From contig OY820905.2 of assembly GCA_963555755.3 (NCBI GenBank), positions 2,496,001 to 2,560,000 of the forward strand: DNA of 64,000 bases, in the 5' to 3' direction. Numbering within the stretch: the stretch's first letter is position 1; the number at the start of each line of letters is the position of its first letter. Under the pieces are notes generated by a model. The model worked only from the letters and a program-made list of their open reading frames with translations. It was not told where the DNA came from and made no database searches. Shown here in pieces: positions 19,247 through 29,478 of the stretch. This stretch comes from Nitrospirales bacterium. GTDB lineage: Bacteria > Nitrospirota > Nitrospiria > Nitrospirales > UBA8639. A program made the position numbers and the translations under genes.

Positions 19247-19783
19247 TTACTTGGTCTCCTTGCTCGTCTTTAGAGTGATGTCGATTACCATGTCGTCGGC
19301 CAGCTTTTCGAGAGCCGTGCGGATCTGTTCGAAATCGACTCTGGCGGGTGGGACAAGCTCGGCCTCGGCACGAAAGAGCCGCTCTCCTGACATGGGAGCA
19401 CTCTCGATGACGGTCCGGAGTTCCTGAATGTTGACCCCGAGCGCCGCCAAGGTACACGAAATATCCCGCATGATCCCTGGCCGGTCTTGTCCTACCAGGT
19501 CGAGTCGCAACGATTCTCGATGGTCAACGACCGTAAGAGACCAGTCGCTATCGACGACGCTGACGGAAAGCCCTTGGTCGGCTAGCGTGGGAAGCAAAGC
19601 GATAAGCCCCTCTGCAAGGTCCTCCTGGATGTGAATCTGGACAACCCCTGCGAAGTGGCCTGCAAGGCGTGCCATGCGGCTCTCGTCCCAACTCCCCTCG
19701 TGCCGAGCGATTAAATCCGCCAGTGCTTCAACCAGGCCCGGTTGATCTTTGCCGATTACCGTCAGAACCAGAACACGCGCCAT
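19247..19783 (-). CDS. Tandem ACT-domain protein (GcvR-like)
   Basis: LVLTVIGKDQPGLV...SRMARLAGHFA and LVGQDRPGIM...SAPMSGERLF. Confidence 0.85.
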   Translation of the reverse strand: MARVLVLTVIGKDQPGLVEALADLIARHEGSWDESRMARLAGHFAGVVQIHIQEDLAEGLIALLPTLADQGLSVSVVDSDWSLTVVDHRESLRLDLVGQDRPGIMRDISCTLAALGVNIQELRTVIESAPMSGERLFRAEAELVPPARVDFEQIRTALEKLADDMVIDITLKTSKETK

Positions 19784-19887
19784 ATTTATTCGTACCTCGA
19801 AAAAGAATTGTCGGTTGGGGTTGGGGGTCAAGTATTGACTTACTATATTTCTTTCGCAAGAGCCAGCCGAAAAAGGGGCAATCCTAT

Positions 19888-20036
19888 TTAAGGGCACCTC
19901 TAAAAACCGTCCTTTTCCGTGAGGGCGGCGTCAGCCGCGTGCTCACATCCTCATGTATTCGCCCATACACTCCGGTTTTCCGCGCGCGGCTTCCTTGCCC
20001 TCACAAAAAATGCCGGGTTTTTAGAGGTGCCCTTAA
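19888..20036. repeat. MITE-like repeat family B copy 1
   Basis: TIR TTAAGGGCACCTCTAAAAACC / GGTTTTTAGAGGTGCCCTTAA; near-identical inverted copy at 47992-48136 and an end remnant near 50595-50610. Confidence 0.88.
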
Positions 20037-20103
20037 TATTGCATTATGGATTTTTGGTCAATTCTCACATTCCTACTTTTTCTGCTATTCCGACACCCGA
20101 AGC

Positions 20104-20157
20104 AGGGGGGCAGAGTGCTTGATTCAATTCTGAATTATATCAAGCACTCTGCCCCCT
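20104..20157. terminator. Long GC-clamped hairpin downstream of the HTH gene
   Basis: GGGGGCAGAGTGCTTGAT...ATCAAGCACTCTGCCCCC. Confidence 0.5.
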
Positions 20158-20311
20158 TACCATCCCTACTTTGAGCGGACGCGGGCCGAGTATTTATCCG
20201 CCCATGGGTTGTCTGTGGCGGAGCTACAAAAACAGGGTACGTCGTATTTGGTGATGCATGCGGAAGTGTTTTGCCGATCCTCGGCCCACTGAGGAATGTT
20301 TTGCCTTGGCG

Positions 20312-21268
20312 TCAAGAGTGCCCTTTTCTTCGTCGATTGAGGCGAGCTCGGAGGGATCGTTCAGCTTTATATTCGGTGACGTAGCGAGTCTCAAAGAGGG
20401 CCACGGGATTGAGATCTCGCACATGGTTTTCATCCCAACTAATATGCAATTGATCAATCATGGTGATGGGTGGCGTGGCGCCATCATCACCTAACGCATG
20501 TTCCACATACGACCGGGAGAACAGTATAATTTCGTTGTCAAAAAGGGCCGAATTGATTTGGCCTTTGACCCCTTGTTTTTTGTATTCGGCCGCCAGTCGT
20601 TGGAAGGTCAGCGTTTGACCGAGTTCCTCGCGAAAGGCAAAAAACGTTGAGACGCCCACCAACTTCTGGTCGTTGAGGACTTGGAGAGCTTCAGCGATTT
20701 TTTCTTCTTTGGTGAGCTGATCTTTCGTGAAAATAAACAATCGGCGAATCTTCACCCCTCGTTTGATGGCAAATTTACTGCCCATCAGATAATTGGGAAA
20801 CAGGGGCCCCTCTCTTCTCCAGACTTTCCAGCGCTCTATAATGGAATCTACTGAACTCTCCGTGGTCCTCAGGATTCGGTCCATTTCCGTATAGGCGATA
20901 TTCCCTTCATAGGACAGCATTTGGGATTCTAATTGCCGAAGGTCGTGGCCAATATCTTGGACCTTTTGCGGAATATACCGAGGGTGTTCAGGAACATTAA
21001 TCAGGACATCCACGGCTGTCAGAGCCATTTCCCAATGTTCTTTTTCTCCGGTTGGGGCTTTGTCCCTTTGGGCGACAAGGAGGAGTTCGACAGGATTCTT
21101 CTCGAGTAAGTTCGCAATTCTAATGCAGACAGCGGTATTGGGAACTTTCTTGCCACGACGAAACCAGTTGGCCTCGGGTTGGCTCACCTTGAGTTTTTTC
21201 GCAAGGGTGTAGTCACTGGTGACCCCATATTTTTTTTTGACTTGTTCAATGTAACGCGGAATGCCCAT
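20312..21268 (-). CDS. XRE/Cro-like HTH protein with an uncharacterised C-terminal domain
   Basis: N-terminal SDYTLAKKLKVSQPEANWFRRGK...CIRIANLL helix-turn-helix; GGAGGAG RBS. Confidence 0.65.
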   Translation of the reverse strand: MGIPRYIEQVKKKYGVTSDYTLAKKLKVSQPEANWFRRGKKVPNTAVCIRIANLLEKNPVELLLVAQRDKAPTGEKEHWEMALTAVDVLINVPEHPRYIPQKVQDIGHDLRQLESQMLSYEGNIAYTEMDRILRTTESSVDSIIERWKVWRREGPLFPNYLMGSKFAIKRGVKIRRLFIFTKDQLTKEEKIAEALQVLNDQKLVGVSTFFAFREELGQTLTFQRLAAEYKKQGVKGQINSALFDNEIILFSRSYVEHALGDDGATPPITMIDQLHISWDENHVRDLNPVALFETRYVTEYKAERSLRARLNRRRKGHS

Positions 21269-21585
21269 ATGACTCCTCCTCCGGGAACTCCAAGAATAGT
21301 GAAGAAATGGGTTAAGAGCAAATGATTTCTAGATGGGGTAAGGAAAGGGCCAAAAAGGAAGAGTGAGGGTCTGTCACTGTCAGGAGCACAACGCACGACT
21401 TCGTAGATGCGTTCCGCACCATGCGGAAAAGAACGTTTGCCGCGTAATGCCAAATTTGATGGCCTGCAGGCCATCCCATTATTGAATGTCATTGATGGCT
21501 ACGTTGGCCTAACCTGAGGTTTCTTGATTTCGCGAATGTGCTCCTCACTGTTAAAAAGATCACTGGGATATTTGGTGTTCATGAG

Positions 21586-21969
21586 TTACTTCTGCAGCTG
21601 AAATCGCCGGCGAATGGTTTCGACTCGTTTGCGGTTCGCTCCAAGGTCGGAGTAGCCGACTCGCGAAGCCGACCGAACATGGATCACCTTCTGGGTGTCA
21701 TCGAATGCAAAGTCCAGATCATCGGTAAAACGAAAAATCAATGAGGTGGATTCTGCCCGAAGGTACGTGGGCTCCTCTTCCACAATTCTGGTGCGTGGCA
21801 AGGAGGTGAGGATTTGCATTATCCGCGCCTTAGCCTCCTGAAGGGAATCATGATAGGCAATCGGGTCAATGAAATGGTCGGCATCCGAGCTTTGTGAGGA
21901 CACGCAGTTTGGGGACTGGGAGCAAGGCGGCAAGCTTTTGAGGCCTGGACTTTCGGCATCTGGGTTCAT
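21586..21969 (-). CDS. DUF1499 family protein
   Basis: PCSQSPNCVSSQ, FRFTDDL, IHVRSASRVGYSDLGANRKRVE; start overlaps the ogt stop. Confidence 0.85.
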   Translation of the reverse strand: MNPDAESPGLKSLPPCSQSPNCVSSQSSDADHFIDPIAYHDSLQEAKARIMQILTSLPRTRIVEEEPTYLRAESTSLIFRFTDDLDFAFDDTQKVIHVRSASRVGYSDLGANRKRVETIRRRFQLQK

Positions 21970-22517
21970 GGCTTCTTTGCCTTGTTCCTTCCTTCCAACG
22001 TGAGAAGTATGACTTTGATAGGCAAGCCTCCGCCGTACCCCACCAATTGGCCCGTGCTGCCGATGACTCGGTGGCATGGCACGATAATCGAAAGCGGATT
22101 TTTTCCGTTGGCAGCACCCACAGCCCGAGAGGCATGTGGGTGGCCAATAGCCTTCGCGATCTCGCCATACGAAACGGTCTTGCCATAGGGAATGGTTCTC
22201 AAGGCGCGCCAGACCTTTTGTTGAAACGGGGTTCCTGCCGGGTCCGTTTTAATCGTGAATGTTTTGAGTGTGCCTGAGAAATAGGCTGTTAATTGGCGAA
22301 TGGTTTCCCGGAAGGGTCGCGGGGCATTGATCCAGGAAGCCTCAGGTTGTATGGGATGTTTTCCCTTTTGGAAGGAAAGAAGCGCGAGCCGGTCATTGTG
22401 TCCCGCAAGAAGGAGTTTCCCCACGGGACTATCGATGATGCAGAAGGTGGTGGCTGGCAACCCCGCCTTCTTTTGTGAGGGTTTCTGACGAGAATTTTGG
22501 AGTGTGTTGGATGCCAT
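21966..22517 (-). CDS. ogt: Methylated-DNA--protein-cysteine methyltransferase
   Basis: GTPFQQKVW, IPYGKTVSYGE, RAVGAANGKNP, active site PCHRV. Confidence 0.94.
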   Translation of the reverse strand: MASNTLQNSRQKPSQKKAGLPATTFCIIDSPVGKLLLAGHNDRLALLSFQKGKHPIQPEASWINAPRPFRETIRQLTAYFSGTLKTFTIKTDPAGTPFQQKVWRALRTIPYGKTVSYGEIAKAIGHPHASRAVGAANGKNPLSIIVPCHRVIGSTGQLVGYGGGLPIKVILLTLEGRNKAKKP

Positions 22518-22543
22518 CGGTACCTGTTTTTTACCGGTACGCG

Positions 22544-23107
22544 TTATCCATACCCAGGAGCGGTATCTTCATCACGTGATTCTTTGGCTGCCTCTTTCGT
22601 AGCTTGCTCTTGATTCGCAAGGGCATAGGCTTGGTCGATTTCGAAAAGATCCTGGGATGTCAAATATCGAATGGCCGTGCATGCAAGGATTTTTTGGCTC
22701 ACTTTTCCTTTTAATTGAATGTTGGCCACTGCATCGGCGCCCAAGGCTCGAGCCTTTTGAAGAAGGATCACATGCAGCTCACCCCAATTGACTGTCTTCT
22801 TGTCTGGGGGTTGATGGGCTTCCAACTCATCCAACGTTTCATACGGCACATCCGGCAAGGCGTCCAGAATGGGAATAGGACGATCGCTGTTAGGGGGTTC
22901 TTCCGAAATGGGGGTCGGCGTCGCGGTCGGTTCCTCCACTCGTGGGGCTCGGGCTGCATTAATATCAAAGGTCTTTAATCGCAAAGCGGCTAACGCGGCT
23001 TCATGTTCATTACTGCTGTGCGAGAGACGCTTTAGCTTTTCCACACGTTCAAGCGCTTCCTGAAGGCTCATTCGAGCCCCGGATTTGCGAAGGGCATTGA
23101 CTGGCAT
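22544..23107 (-). CDS. Hypothetical protein, DUF2786-like N-terminus plus YbjQ-like segment
   Basis: LERVEKLKRLSHSSNEHEAALA resembles DUF2786; KARALGADAV resembles YbjQ/heavy-metal-binding domains. Confidence 0.5.
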   Translation of the reverse strand: MPVNALRKSGARMSLQEALERVEKLKRLSHSSNEHEAALAALRLKTFDINAARAPRVEEPTATPTPISEEPPNSDRPIPILDALPDVPYETLDELEAHQPPDKKTVNWGELHVILLQKARALGADAVANIQLKGKVSQKILACTAIRYLTSQDLFEIDQAYALANQEQATKEAAKESRDEDTAPGYG

Positions 23108-23132
23108 ACAGATACTCCACTCGTTGAATAAT

Positions 23133-23298
23133 GGGAATGTTGAAAAAGCATGCCCCCGCGGAGGCGGGGGGGCGTCAGCGGCGTTCTCGACCCTTTGTCG
23201 TGCTCACGTACTATGAGTACGCTCCGCGCGTCAAAGGGCCTGCGGCCTTTCCTTCGATAAACTCAGGACAGGACTGAGCGCACCTTTTTAACATCCCC
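23133..23298. repeat. Family A repeat copy 3
   Basis: GGGAATGTTGAAAAAG...CTCACGTACTATGAGTACGCTCCG...TTTTTAACATCCCC. Confidence 0.8.
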
Positions 23299-23420
23299 TC
23301 TTGCTCTTGACGTTTTATAAGATGAGTTACACGTGAATGGTATCAGAAAATTTTTCCAATTGTTGAACGGTCACACAATCGAAAGTTCGTGCTTGAAACA
23401 AGGAAAAGGAAATTGGCTAT

Positions 23421-23622
23421 ATCACGTCGGACCCCCGCTTTAATGAAGGCGAACTTAAGGAACACAGCGTGACCTGCTCCTGATGATTTCTACCTATCCG
23501 AAAAACGAGTTGTCAACCCGGGTGACGTGGCCTTGAATCCTGAAGCAGGTGGACGGAAGTACTAGGAATAGGGAATGAGGACCCAGATTACTGAATAGGA
23601 ACACAGTCGGGCGCGAGGTGAT
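23421..23622 (+). ncRNA. Putative ~200-nt structured ncRNA (6S-like rod or GGA-rich sRNA)
   Basis: Terminal pairing ATCACGTCG/CGAGGTGAT, inner ACCTGCT/AGCAGGT, apical GTCA-ACCCGGG-TGAC, large central bubble, no ORF, TTGAAA/TATAT-like boxes upstream. Confidence 0.45.
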
Positions 23623-23626
23623 TTGA

Positions 23627-24376
23627 TTAGGGGGTAAGCTGGCAAGCCCGAGCGATACTATCTCGATACCGTAACCAGAGTCGCAGGGATTTCCGCAAAG
23701 CGGTCAAAATCGAATCTTGGTCCCTACGAGTGTTTGTGTGTTGGACGACCATATCATAGGCATTATGACGGTGGCCGTTCTCGACCATTTGATGGGCTCT
23801 GCTCAGGTCCATGCAGGCTGGAGAAAGACCGTGATAGCGCACGAGAGGATGGCGTTTTATCTGCGCTTCCATTTGCCGTGCGGTTTTGGCTTTTGAAGGA
23901 TGGTGAATTTCTTGCCGGTCATGGATGCTGCCTTCAACAAAAATGGTCAGCACCGCAGCTCCCAAAACCCAATTCTGATTCATCGACGCCTGATCAAGCC
24001 AACCCCGATAATGACGGCTCGCGGGGAGCAAGGTCATGGTTTCAAATGCACCATTTCTAAATCCTAACCCTTCCATCATCGTCAAAAAGAGTTCCGGGTG
24101 AGACGTTCCCAACGATAGTTGTCCGGTATCTTCCTCAAAAATGTTTTCCGCCAGCATTTGGCGAACGTCCATTGGCGGATTTTTGCCATAAATACGTGCC
24201 AGCAAGACAGGGAAGTCGCGAACATATACCGCATATTCCTGTTGAAAATGGATTTTGAGTTGTGCCTTGGAGATCCAGTTCCCCGCAAACTGGGGCCAGG
24301 CCCAATGGTGTTTCTCGTCCATGACAGCCAATAGCTGATTGCGGAAGTGTGAGGGTGTCAACGGTTTCGAAATCAT
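23627..24376 (-). CDS. Second heme-oxygenase-like (PqqC/TenA/CADD-like) iron redox enzyme
   Basis: ENIFEEDTG...SHPELF, IFVEG, RAHQMVENGH ligand pattern; probable start MISKP. Confidence 0.75.
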   Translation of the reverse strand: MISKPLTPSHFRNQLLAVMDEKHHWAWPQFAGNWISKAQLKIHFQQEYAVYVRDFPVLLARIYGKNPPMDVRQMLAENIFEEDTGQLSLGTSHPELFLTMMEGLGFRNGAFETMTLLPASRHYRGWLDQASMNQNWVLGAAVLTIFVEGSIHDRQEIHHPSKAKTARQMEAQIKRHPLVRYHGLSPACMDLSRAHQMVENGHRHNAYDMVVQHTNTRRDQDSILTALRKSLRLWLRYRDSIARACQLTP

Positions 24377-24606
24377 ATGTGTTCTAACTGTATCGAGATA
24401 TACAAAAATCCAGGCTTCAAGAGAATCCCTTTCTTCATACACTCTTGTGGGTATCTTCGGTTGAGTTGAGACCAGACCAAAGTCTCAAATCAGGTGTGAA
24501 CATTGTGTGATGGGAGGCTTACTACCCGCAGGACTTATGACAAATGGCACAAAACCGCCATCCTTTTGAAGTTACGTATAGAAACCTAGCGCATTGAGCT
24601 AATAAT

Positions 24607-24821
24607 GGGAATGTTGAAAAAGCATGCCCCCGCGGAGGCGGGGGGGCGTCAGCGGCGTTCCCTGCCTTCGCCGTAGCAGCTTCGCGTTTACGCACTGTAG
24701 CCGCTACAACGCGCAAGCGTGCTGGCAGGTCGGCACTTTGACGTGCTTCACGTACTAATGAGTACGCTCCGCGCGTCAAAGTGCCTGCGGCCTTGCTGAG
24801 CGCACATTTTTGATCATCCCC
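24607..24821. repeat. Family A repeat copy 4 with an internal insertion
   Basis: Same left end and core as copy 3, including the shared CATGCCCCCGCGGAGGCGGGGGG module. Confidence 0.8.
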
Positions 24822-24943
24822 TGTTGTTCTAGATGAGTCACATGAGAACGGCATTGTGAAGAATTTTCAATTATTCAACGGTTCCATAATTTAACCCAAG
24901 TCCGTATCTCTGATGTCAAATGTTTTCACGGTGGAGTGAATCT

Positions 24944-25029
24944 GGGAGTGTGGGCTAAGGTTAGTTGAAAATTGAAGTGACTCCCTCAACTGTGGTGAGA
25001 TGGCGTTCGACCAAGAACCGACATCTTTC
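24944..25029 (+). mobile_element. Probable left end of the IS256-family element whose transposase now lies at 38890-39320
   Basis: GGGAGTGTGGGCTAAGGTTAGTTGAAAATT end-like sequence; it terminates in CATCTTTC, matching the inverted flank of ISL3 copy 2. Confidence 0.45.
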
Positions 25030-26801
25030 GGATCAATCGCACTTTTGGTGGAGTGGGGGTAAACGGTGAGGGGAAGAAAGGAGGGAGCATGACCGGATGG
25101 ACACCACCGATGAACGTCAGATGCTGGCCTTCTTCTTACCCGAAGGCCCCTTGGAGTATTTCGAGCTGAGTCGAGGCACGAAGACGGCCCACGCGATCCA
25201 CTTGGTACTGGAAGAGAAGAATCACCCTCCGCTGGCGGATGCGCAGCCAGGCCCACGCGTCTGGTCCAAAGGATTCCAGGACAGCACCATCACCGATTGT
25301 CCCGCCAGGGGCCGACCCGGTTCCCTCACGTTTCGCCGCCGGCGCTGGCAGGTGGAGGGCGAGCCCTCGCTTCTGACGCGCGCCATGGCTCTTCCGGCCC
25401 CCGGGACACAACTGGCGACGGAATGTGCGGCTTTTGTAAAAGCACGCGGCTGCCCACAAGCCGCGGGCCTGGGCCACGATTGCCGAGGCTCATTTCCTGG
25501 ATGCCACGGGGGTTGTGCGGCACTACCGCGAGCCTCGCAGCGACGTCCCCACGTGGGAGGCGCGCACGCATGCCGCCGCATGGCTCGTGTTTCCGGAGAA
25601 CGTGGGGAGGCACGTGCGCCTTGCTGCAGTGGCAAGCAGCCAAGGCGAGCGCGACACCGTCCTCACGAACAACGCGCGCCACGGCAAGCACGGCGCGCTG
25701 GTTGCCATCGTCAAGGGCCCCAAGACCGAGGTCGTCAGCGAGGGCTTGCGCCGGATCCCTGAATCCATACGAGAGACGGGCCAGCCCGTCACCCGCGATC
25801 TCGACGCGAGTATGGCACAGCTTGCAACGGTCTGCTTCCCGAATGCGCAGCAGAGCGAGGACCGCGTCCAGGTCCAGCAACGCGTTTCTGAAGCGTTCCA
25901 GGAAGTCCGTGTGGCCTTGCGCAAGGAGGCGATCACGGACGACAACGCCCAGGTCAAAGCGGCTCGGGAACGTGGGAGCCACTCCCAGGCCCCCCGCTAC
26001 GAGAATGGGGATACCCACAAGGCGGTACTGGCAAGCAGTCGCGACCTGTTGTTCAAGGCGAGGAGCACATGGACCGTCTCACAGCAGGAACGGGGCGCCA
26101 TGCTCTTCTGCGAGTATCCCGTGCGACAGAAAGCCTACAACCGCTCCATGATGTTCCGGGGAATCTACGAATACTGTGAGACGCAAGGCCATGCCCACGA
26201 GAAGTTGCAGGAGTGGGACAACAAACTAGGGAGCATACAGAATCTATGGTTCTATCCTACCGCCATCCAATTCTGGCCCCATGGAGTTTCTTGGCCATGG
26301 CGTTGCTTCCTGTGAGCGTTCTTGCTTGTGTCGCTGCACGATCTTCTCGTGCCCTCTTCCCACGGACCAAGGGGCTATGACGCCAGGAAGAGGCAGCATG
26401 AGATGCGGCAGCGACCTAAAAATACAAGACGACGCCATTCGCTCAAAAGGAGAGGCGACATAACCCACGAGGAGTGCCATAACTTTATGTGCACCTGATC
26501 GTATTGTGCTGCCAGAACCCTAAATTCTGCATGATCCCAAACTAGACACCTCCATTGAGATCCTGCCGGCCTGCGAGACGCCGATGCAGAGGATCAAACT
26601 CCATGAGACAACCATCTTGCACTCCTTTGATAGCCGGCGGACCACTGCCAGCGCTGAATCGTGTCATGCAAAGAGTAAGAATTTCCGTGCGCTGCAGCGA
26701 GGTGTCCGAGGGGTGCCCTTTTTCCTCTACCGCCTCGCGAAGATCTACGGCTAAGAACATGAAGGATGGTACCCTGGCTCCACCAAAATTGCGATTGATC
26801 C
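25030..26801 (+). mobile_element. Degenerate ISL3-family (ISAon1-like) element, copy 1
   Basis: 24-bp TIR GGATCAATCGCA(C/A)TTTTGGTGGAG; fragmented transposase (FFLPEGPLEYFE..LEEKN..RRRRW; WLVFPENVG..DLDASM..FPNA). Confidence 0.85.
26229..26538. mobile_element. 310-bp MITE nested in ISL3 copy 1
   Basis: Imperfect 25-bp TIR GGGAGCATACAGAATCTATGGTTCT / AGAACCCTAAATTCTGCATGATCCC; AAACTA duplicated on both sides. Confidence 0.8.
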
Positions 26802-27152
26802 GCTTAACACCTTGAGCAGATCATTGCGAAACGTTTTACCATACTTGGGTGGTCGACCCGAGCGGGGCTGATCCTGAAGGCCGGCTAGCCCATTCTCGAC
26901 ATAGCGTTATCGCCAATCAATGACTTTGTTGGGGTACGTGGTGAGTTCCTGAGCGATCTGTTTGACCGGTTTTCCCGCTTCGCTCTCCAAAATCATTTTC
27001 GCTCGGGCCACCGTTTGCTTGGGCAATGTTCGGCTCTTTGTCCGGTTTCGTAACGTTCTCTTGTCCTCTGGGGGGATCTCTATGGGGGGGGGCAGTTCTC
27101 GGCATAAGGCCAAAATTACATAATATAGTTTAACTTAGCAATTAAACACTAG
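26802..27152 (-). pseudogene. IS630-family transposase 5' fragment
   Basis: MPRTAPP/IEI...RAKMIL...WR*RYVENGLAGLQDQPRSGRPP; frameshift in a G9 run, internal stop, CTAGTG end; truncated at ISL3. Confidence 0.8.
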
Positions 27153-27657
27153 GACATAATCGGACACGGGCCCGAGGCAAAGTCTGACCATATTTTCAGG
27201 ATTCCGCTGATTTAAATAGAAAACCAATTTCAATATACTTCATTTCAATTTTCGGGGCGCCCGTGGTCGACGCAGAAGACAACCTGGGTGGGGTCGTAGC
27301 CAGGCGGGCTATTCTCCCAGACTATTTACCTGCGAACAGACCACGCAAGGTTTTCTAAGGGGAAACGGTCTCCCTGGTACGATCCACTTGTGGAAAAAAA
27401 TCAGAAAGGCGGACGAACTAAGGCAACTCTCCGTCTCCAAGTGAAGAGCATGATTGTGTAAGGTTCCCGAACCCCTCTGCCGCGCCTTTTTTATTGCTAT
27501 GGGGAACCCATGGTTACCGGGGTGCTGGGACTCTCAGGTGACACACCAGAGTCACTGAGAGGACGGCAGACGAAGCAGTAAAACAGCAGAAGCCGTGGGT
27601 TATGTGGTGAGGGGCAAGACGGCTTCATACAATTACATCTCTCAAAGGAGGATCATA

Positions 27658-28188
27658 ATGGGAACAGTCAAACAAATACTGATCGGGCTAGTCAGTGTGG
27701 CATTCCTGATTGGCGTGGTGCCGATGGGCACGCCGTTGGGGAGCGTGGCGCAGGCGGCCCCAGGGAACCAAGCCAAGCAATTCGTGGTGTTGGGGACGGG
27801 CGAGGTGTTGGATCTGACCACCGGCTTGCGGTGGCAGCCAGCTCCTGGAACCACTGAGACAGGAGGTGGGTCTTTCTGTAACGGACCTAGGCAGTGCGGC
27901 CCGTGGCAACAGAACGTGGACTATTGTGCCGCCCTTGGGGATGGCTATCGGCTGCCGGAGTTGAAGGAGCTGATCAGCCTGTTGGATTACGGCGTGGCTT
28001 CCCCTGGCCCTACCCTCCCTGCTGACCATCCGTTTATTGAAGTCCAGTCGACCTTCTATTGGTCGGCGACGACGAGTGCCGATAATCCCGCGAACGCGTG
28101 GGGCGTGAGCTTCAGCAATGGCGACGTGGGCATCGGCAATAAGCTGAGCAACGACTGGTTTGCCTGGTGTGCGCGCAGTCGCTCGTGA
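27658..28188 (+). CDS. Secreted DUF1566 (C-type lectin-fold) protein
   Basis: Signal peptide, VLDLTTGLRWQ, YRLPELKELISL, YWSAT...AWGVSF...WCAR; AAGGAGG RBS. Confidence 0.88.
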   Translation: MGTVKQILIGLVSVAFLIGVVPMGTPLGSVAQAAPGNQAKQFVVLGTGEVLDLTTGLRWQPAPGTTETGGGSFCNGPRQCGPWQQNVDYCAALGDGYRLPELKELISLLDYGVASPGPTLPADHPFIEVQSTFYWSATTSADNPANAWGVSFSNGDVGIGNKLSNDWFAWCARSRS

Positions 28189-28323
28189 TGGGGTTTGAGG
28201 ATTTGGTCATTTGAGTTATTTGGTGATTTCGGGGGTGCAGGGGGCGGGAGCCCCTTGCTCGCCCCTGATGTGGGGTAGCGGTGAATTGCACACTCACTGT
28301 TACCTGACCAAAGGAGGCCCAAC

Positions 28324-28404
28324 GTGACCGCATCTTGCAGTATGTTCAGTCAGATTCTCAAGCTCATTCCGCGGGTAGAATTCCAACGCTTCGTCAAGCA
28401 GAGG
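28324..28404 (+). pseudogene. IS4-family (DUF4372-type) transposase N-terminal fragment
   Basis: After an AAGGAGG RBS: VTASCSMFSQILKLIPRVEFQRFVKQ. Confidence 0.55.
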
Positions 28405-28499
28405 TATTGTTGTGGCCTTGTCCAACTCCCATGCGCGGCGTAATTATGAATTCGAGACCCATAGCCAAATCTTGCTTAACTTGACAATGCCCCCTCCGA

Positions 28500-29087
28500 T
28501 CATTTCAGAGGGAATTGAATAATGATGCCCCCCATGACATCGTTGAGCTTGTAGTCCTTCCTCGGACTGAGCAGGTGTTCATTGTGACAGGTTGCGCAGG
28601 CTTGAGTGACCGCTCTATCCGCATAGATCGCTTTGAAGTGGGGACCTTTTGCTCTTCTGATCGTGGTCGTATGTACTGTACTCGGATCATCCGCCACAGC
28701 CTGTAATCCTGTTCGTTCGAAGTCCGTGGCCGGCCCATTGGTCTCATCAATAGGCCACAGGCTCGCTAGCCGGTACTTCAGGCGGGATCCCCTCCTTTCC
28801 ACCTCAAGCCCTGCAAACTGCAGCAGTTGAGCTGGAAGAGGAAGCTGGTTCTTCTGGGCCCAGTCTTCTGACGCATAGGCTTTCTGATGAAGCTGCATCC
28901 TTTCAACCACGAGGGAGGCATACAGGGTCCGGTCCGCTTCAATGATCGCATGGATATAGTCTGCAACTAACTTTGGCGCAACACAGGCCTCGCCGCCCGC
29001 TTCTTTCGCTCCCGACGAACAGCCCACATACGCGACCAACGCGAACCCAGCAAGAAGAGTTCCCCGCAAGAAACCTGTTTTGATCAT
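28500..29087 (-). CDS. DUF3365/Tll0287-like c-type cytochrome lipoprotein
   Basis: Lipobox-like AYVGC, LPLPAQ, YRLASLWPI, heme motif CATCH, NDVMGG; start MIKTG after AGGAGG. Confidence 0.85.
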   Translation of the reverse strand: MIKTGFLRGTLLAGFALVAYVGCSSGAKEAGGEACVAPKLVADYIHAIIEADRTLYASLVVERMQLHQKAYASEDWAQKNQLPLPAQLLQFAGLEVERRGSRLKYRLASLWPIDETNGPATDFERTGLQAVADDPSTVHTTTIRRAKGPHFKAIYADRAVTQACATCHNEHLLSPRKDYKLNDVMGGIIIQFPLK

Positions 29088-29478
29088 GACAACACCTCCT
29101 TTGTGCATTCCCTTAGAAAGATTCCCTAAAGAACGACAGATATTCAAAGGCCGTAGCACTGAATCTCACGGTCGGCGTAGGCAGTTCGTCTCACCTTTTG
29201 TTAAAAACAAGAAAGCCCTCAGGGCGTATAGCACCCTGAGGGCTTCATAGTGAATTTCGACAATGAGGACTTAATCCAAAGAAAAGTTACCCCATGGGAG
29301 TATCCTTATAGTATTAAACAAAATTTTGCTCCTCTTTGAAAGGAAAGTAAAGCCTATTGTTTTTAAAAAAGCCTGGAACGAAACCCTTTCAGACCCTGTC
29401 CCTTCTATAAATTCGTCCCCATTGAAAAACTTGATTTTTTAGATACCGCAAGGCTGGATGAGTTTTTTGACCATACGA

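Noticed and set aside
27245..27320. CBS-domain remnant (GAPVVDAEDNLGGVV)
   Set aside because: Too short, with no start or intact frame; cannot be supported.
27525..27562. Riboswitch upstream of the DUF1566 gene
   Set aside because: A single hairpin (CTCTCAGGTGAC/GTCACTGAGAG) with no recognisable aptamer consensus.
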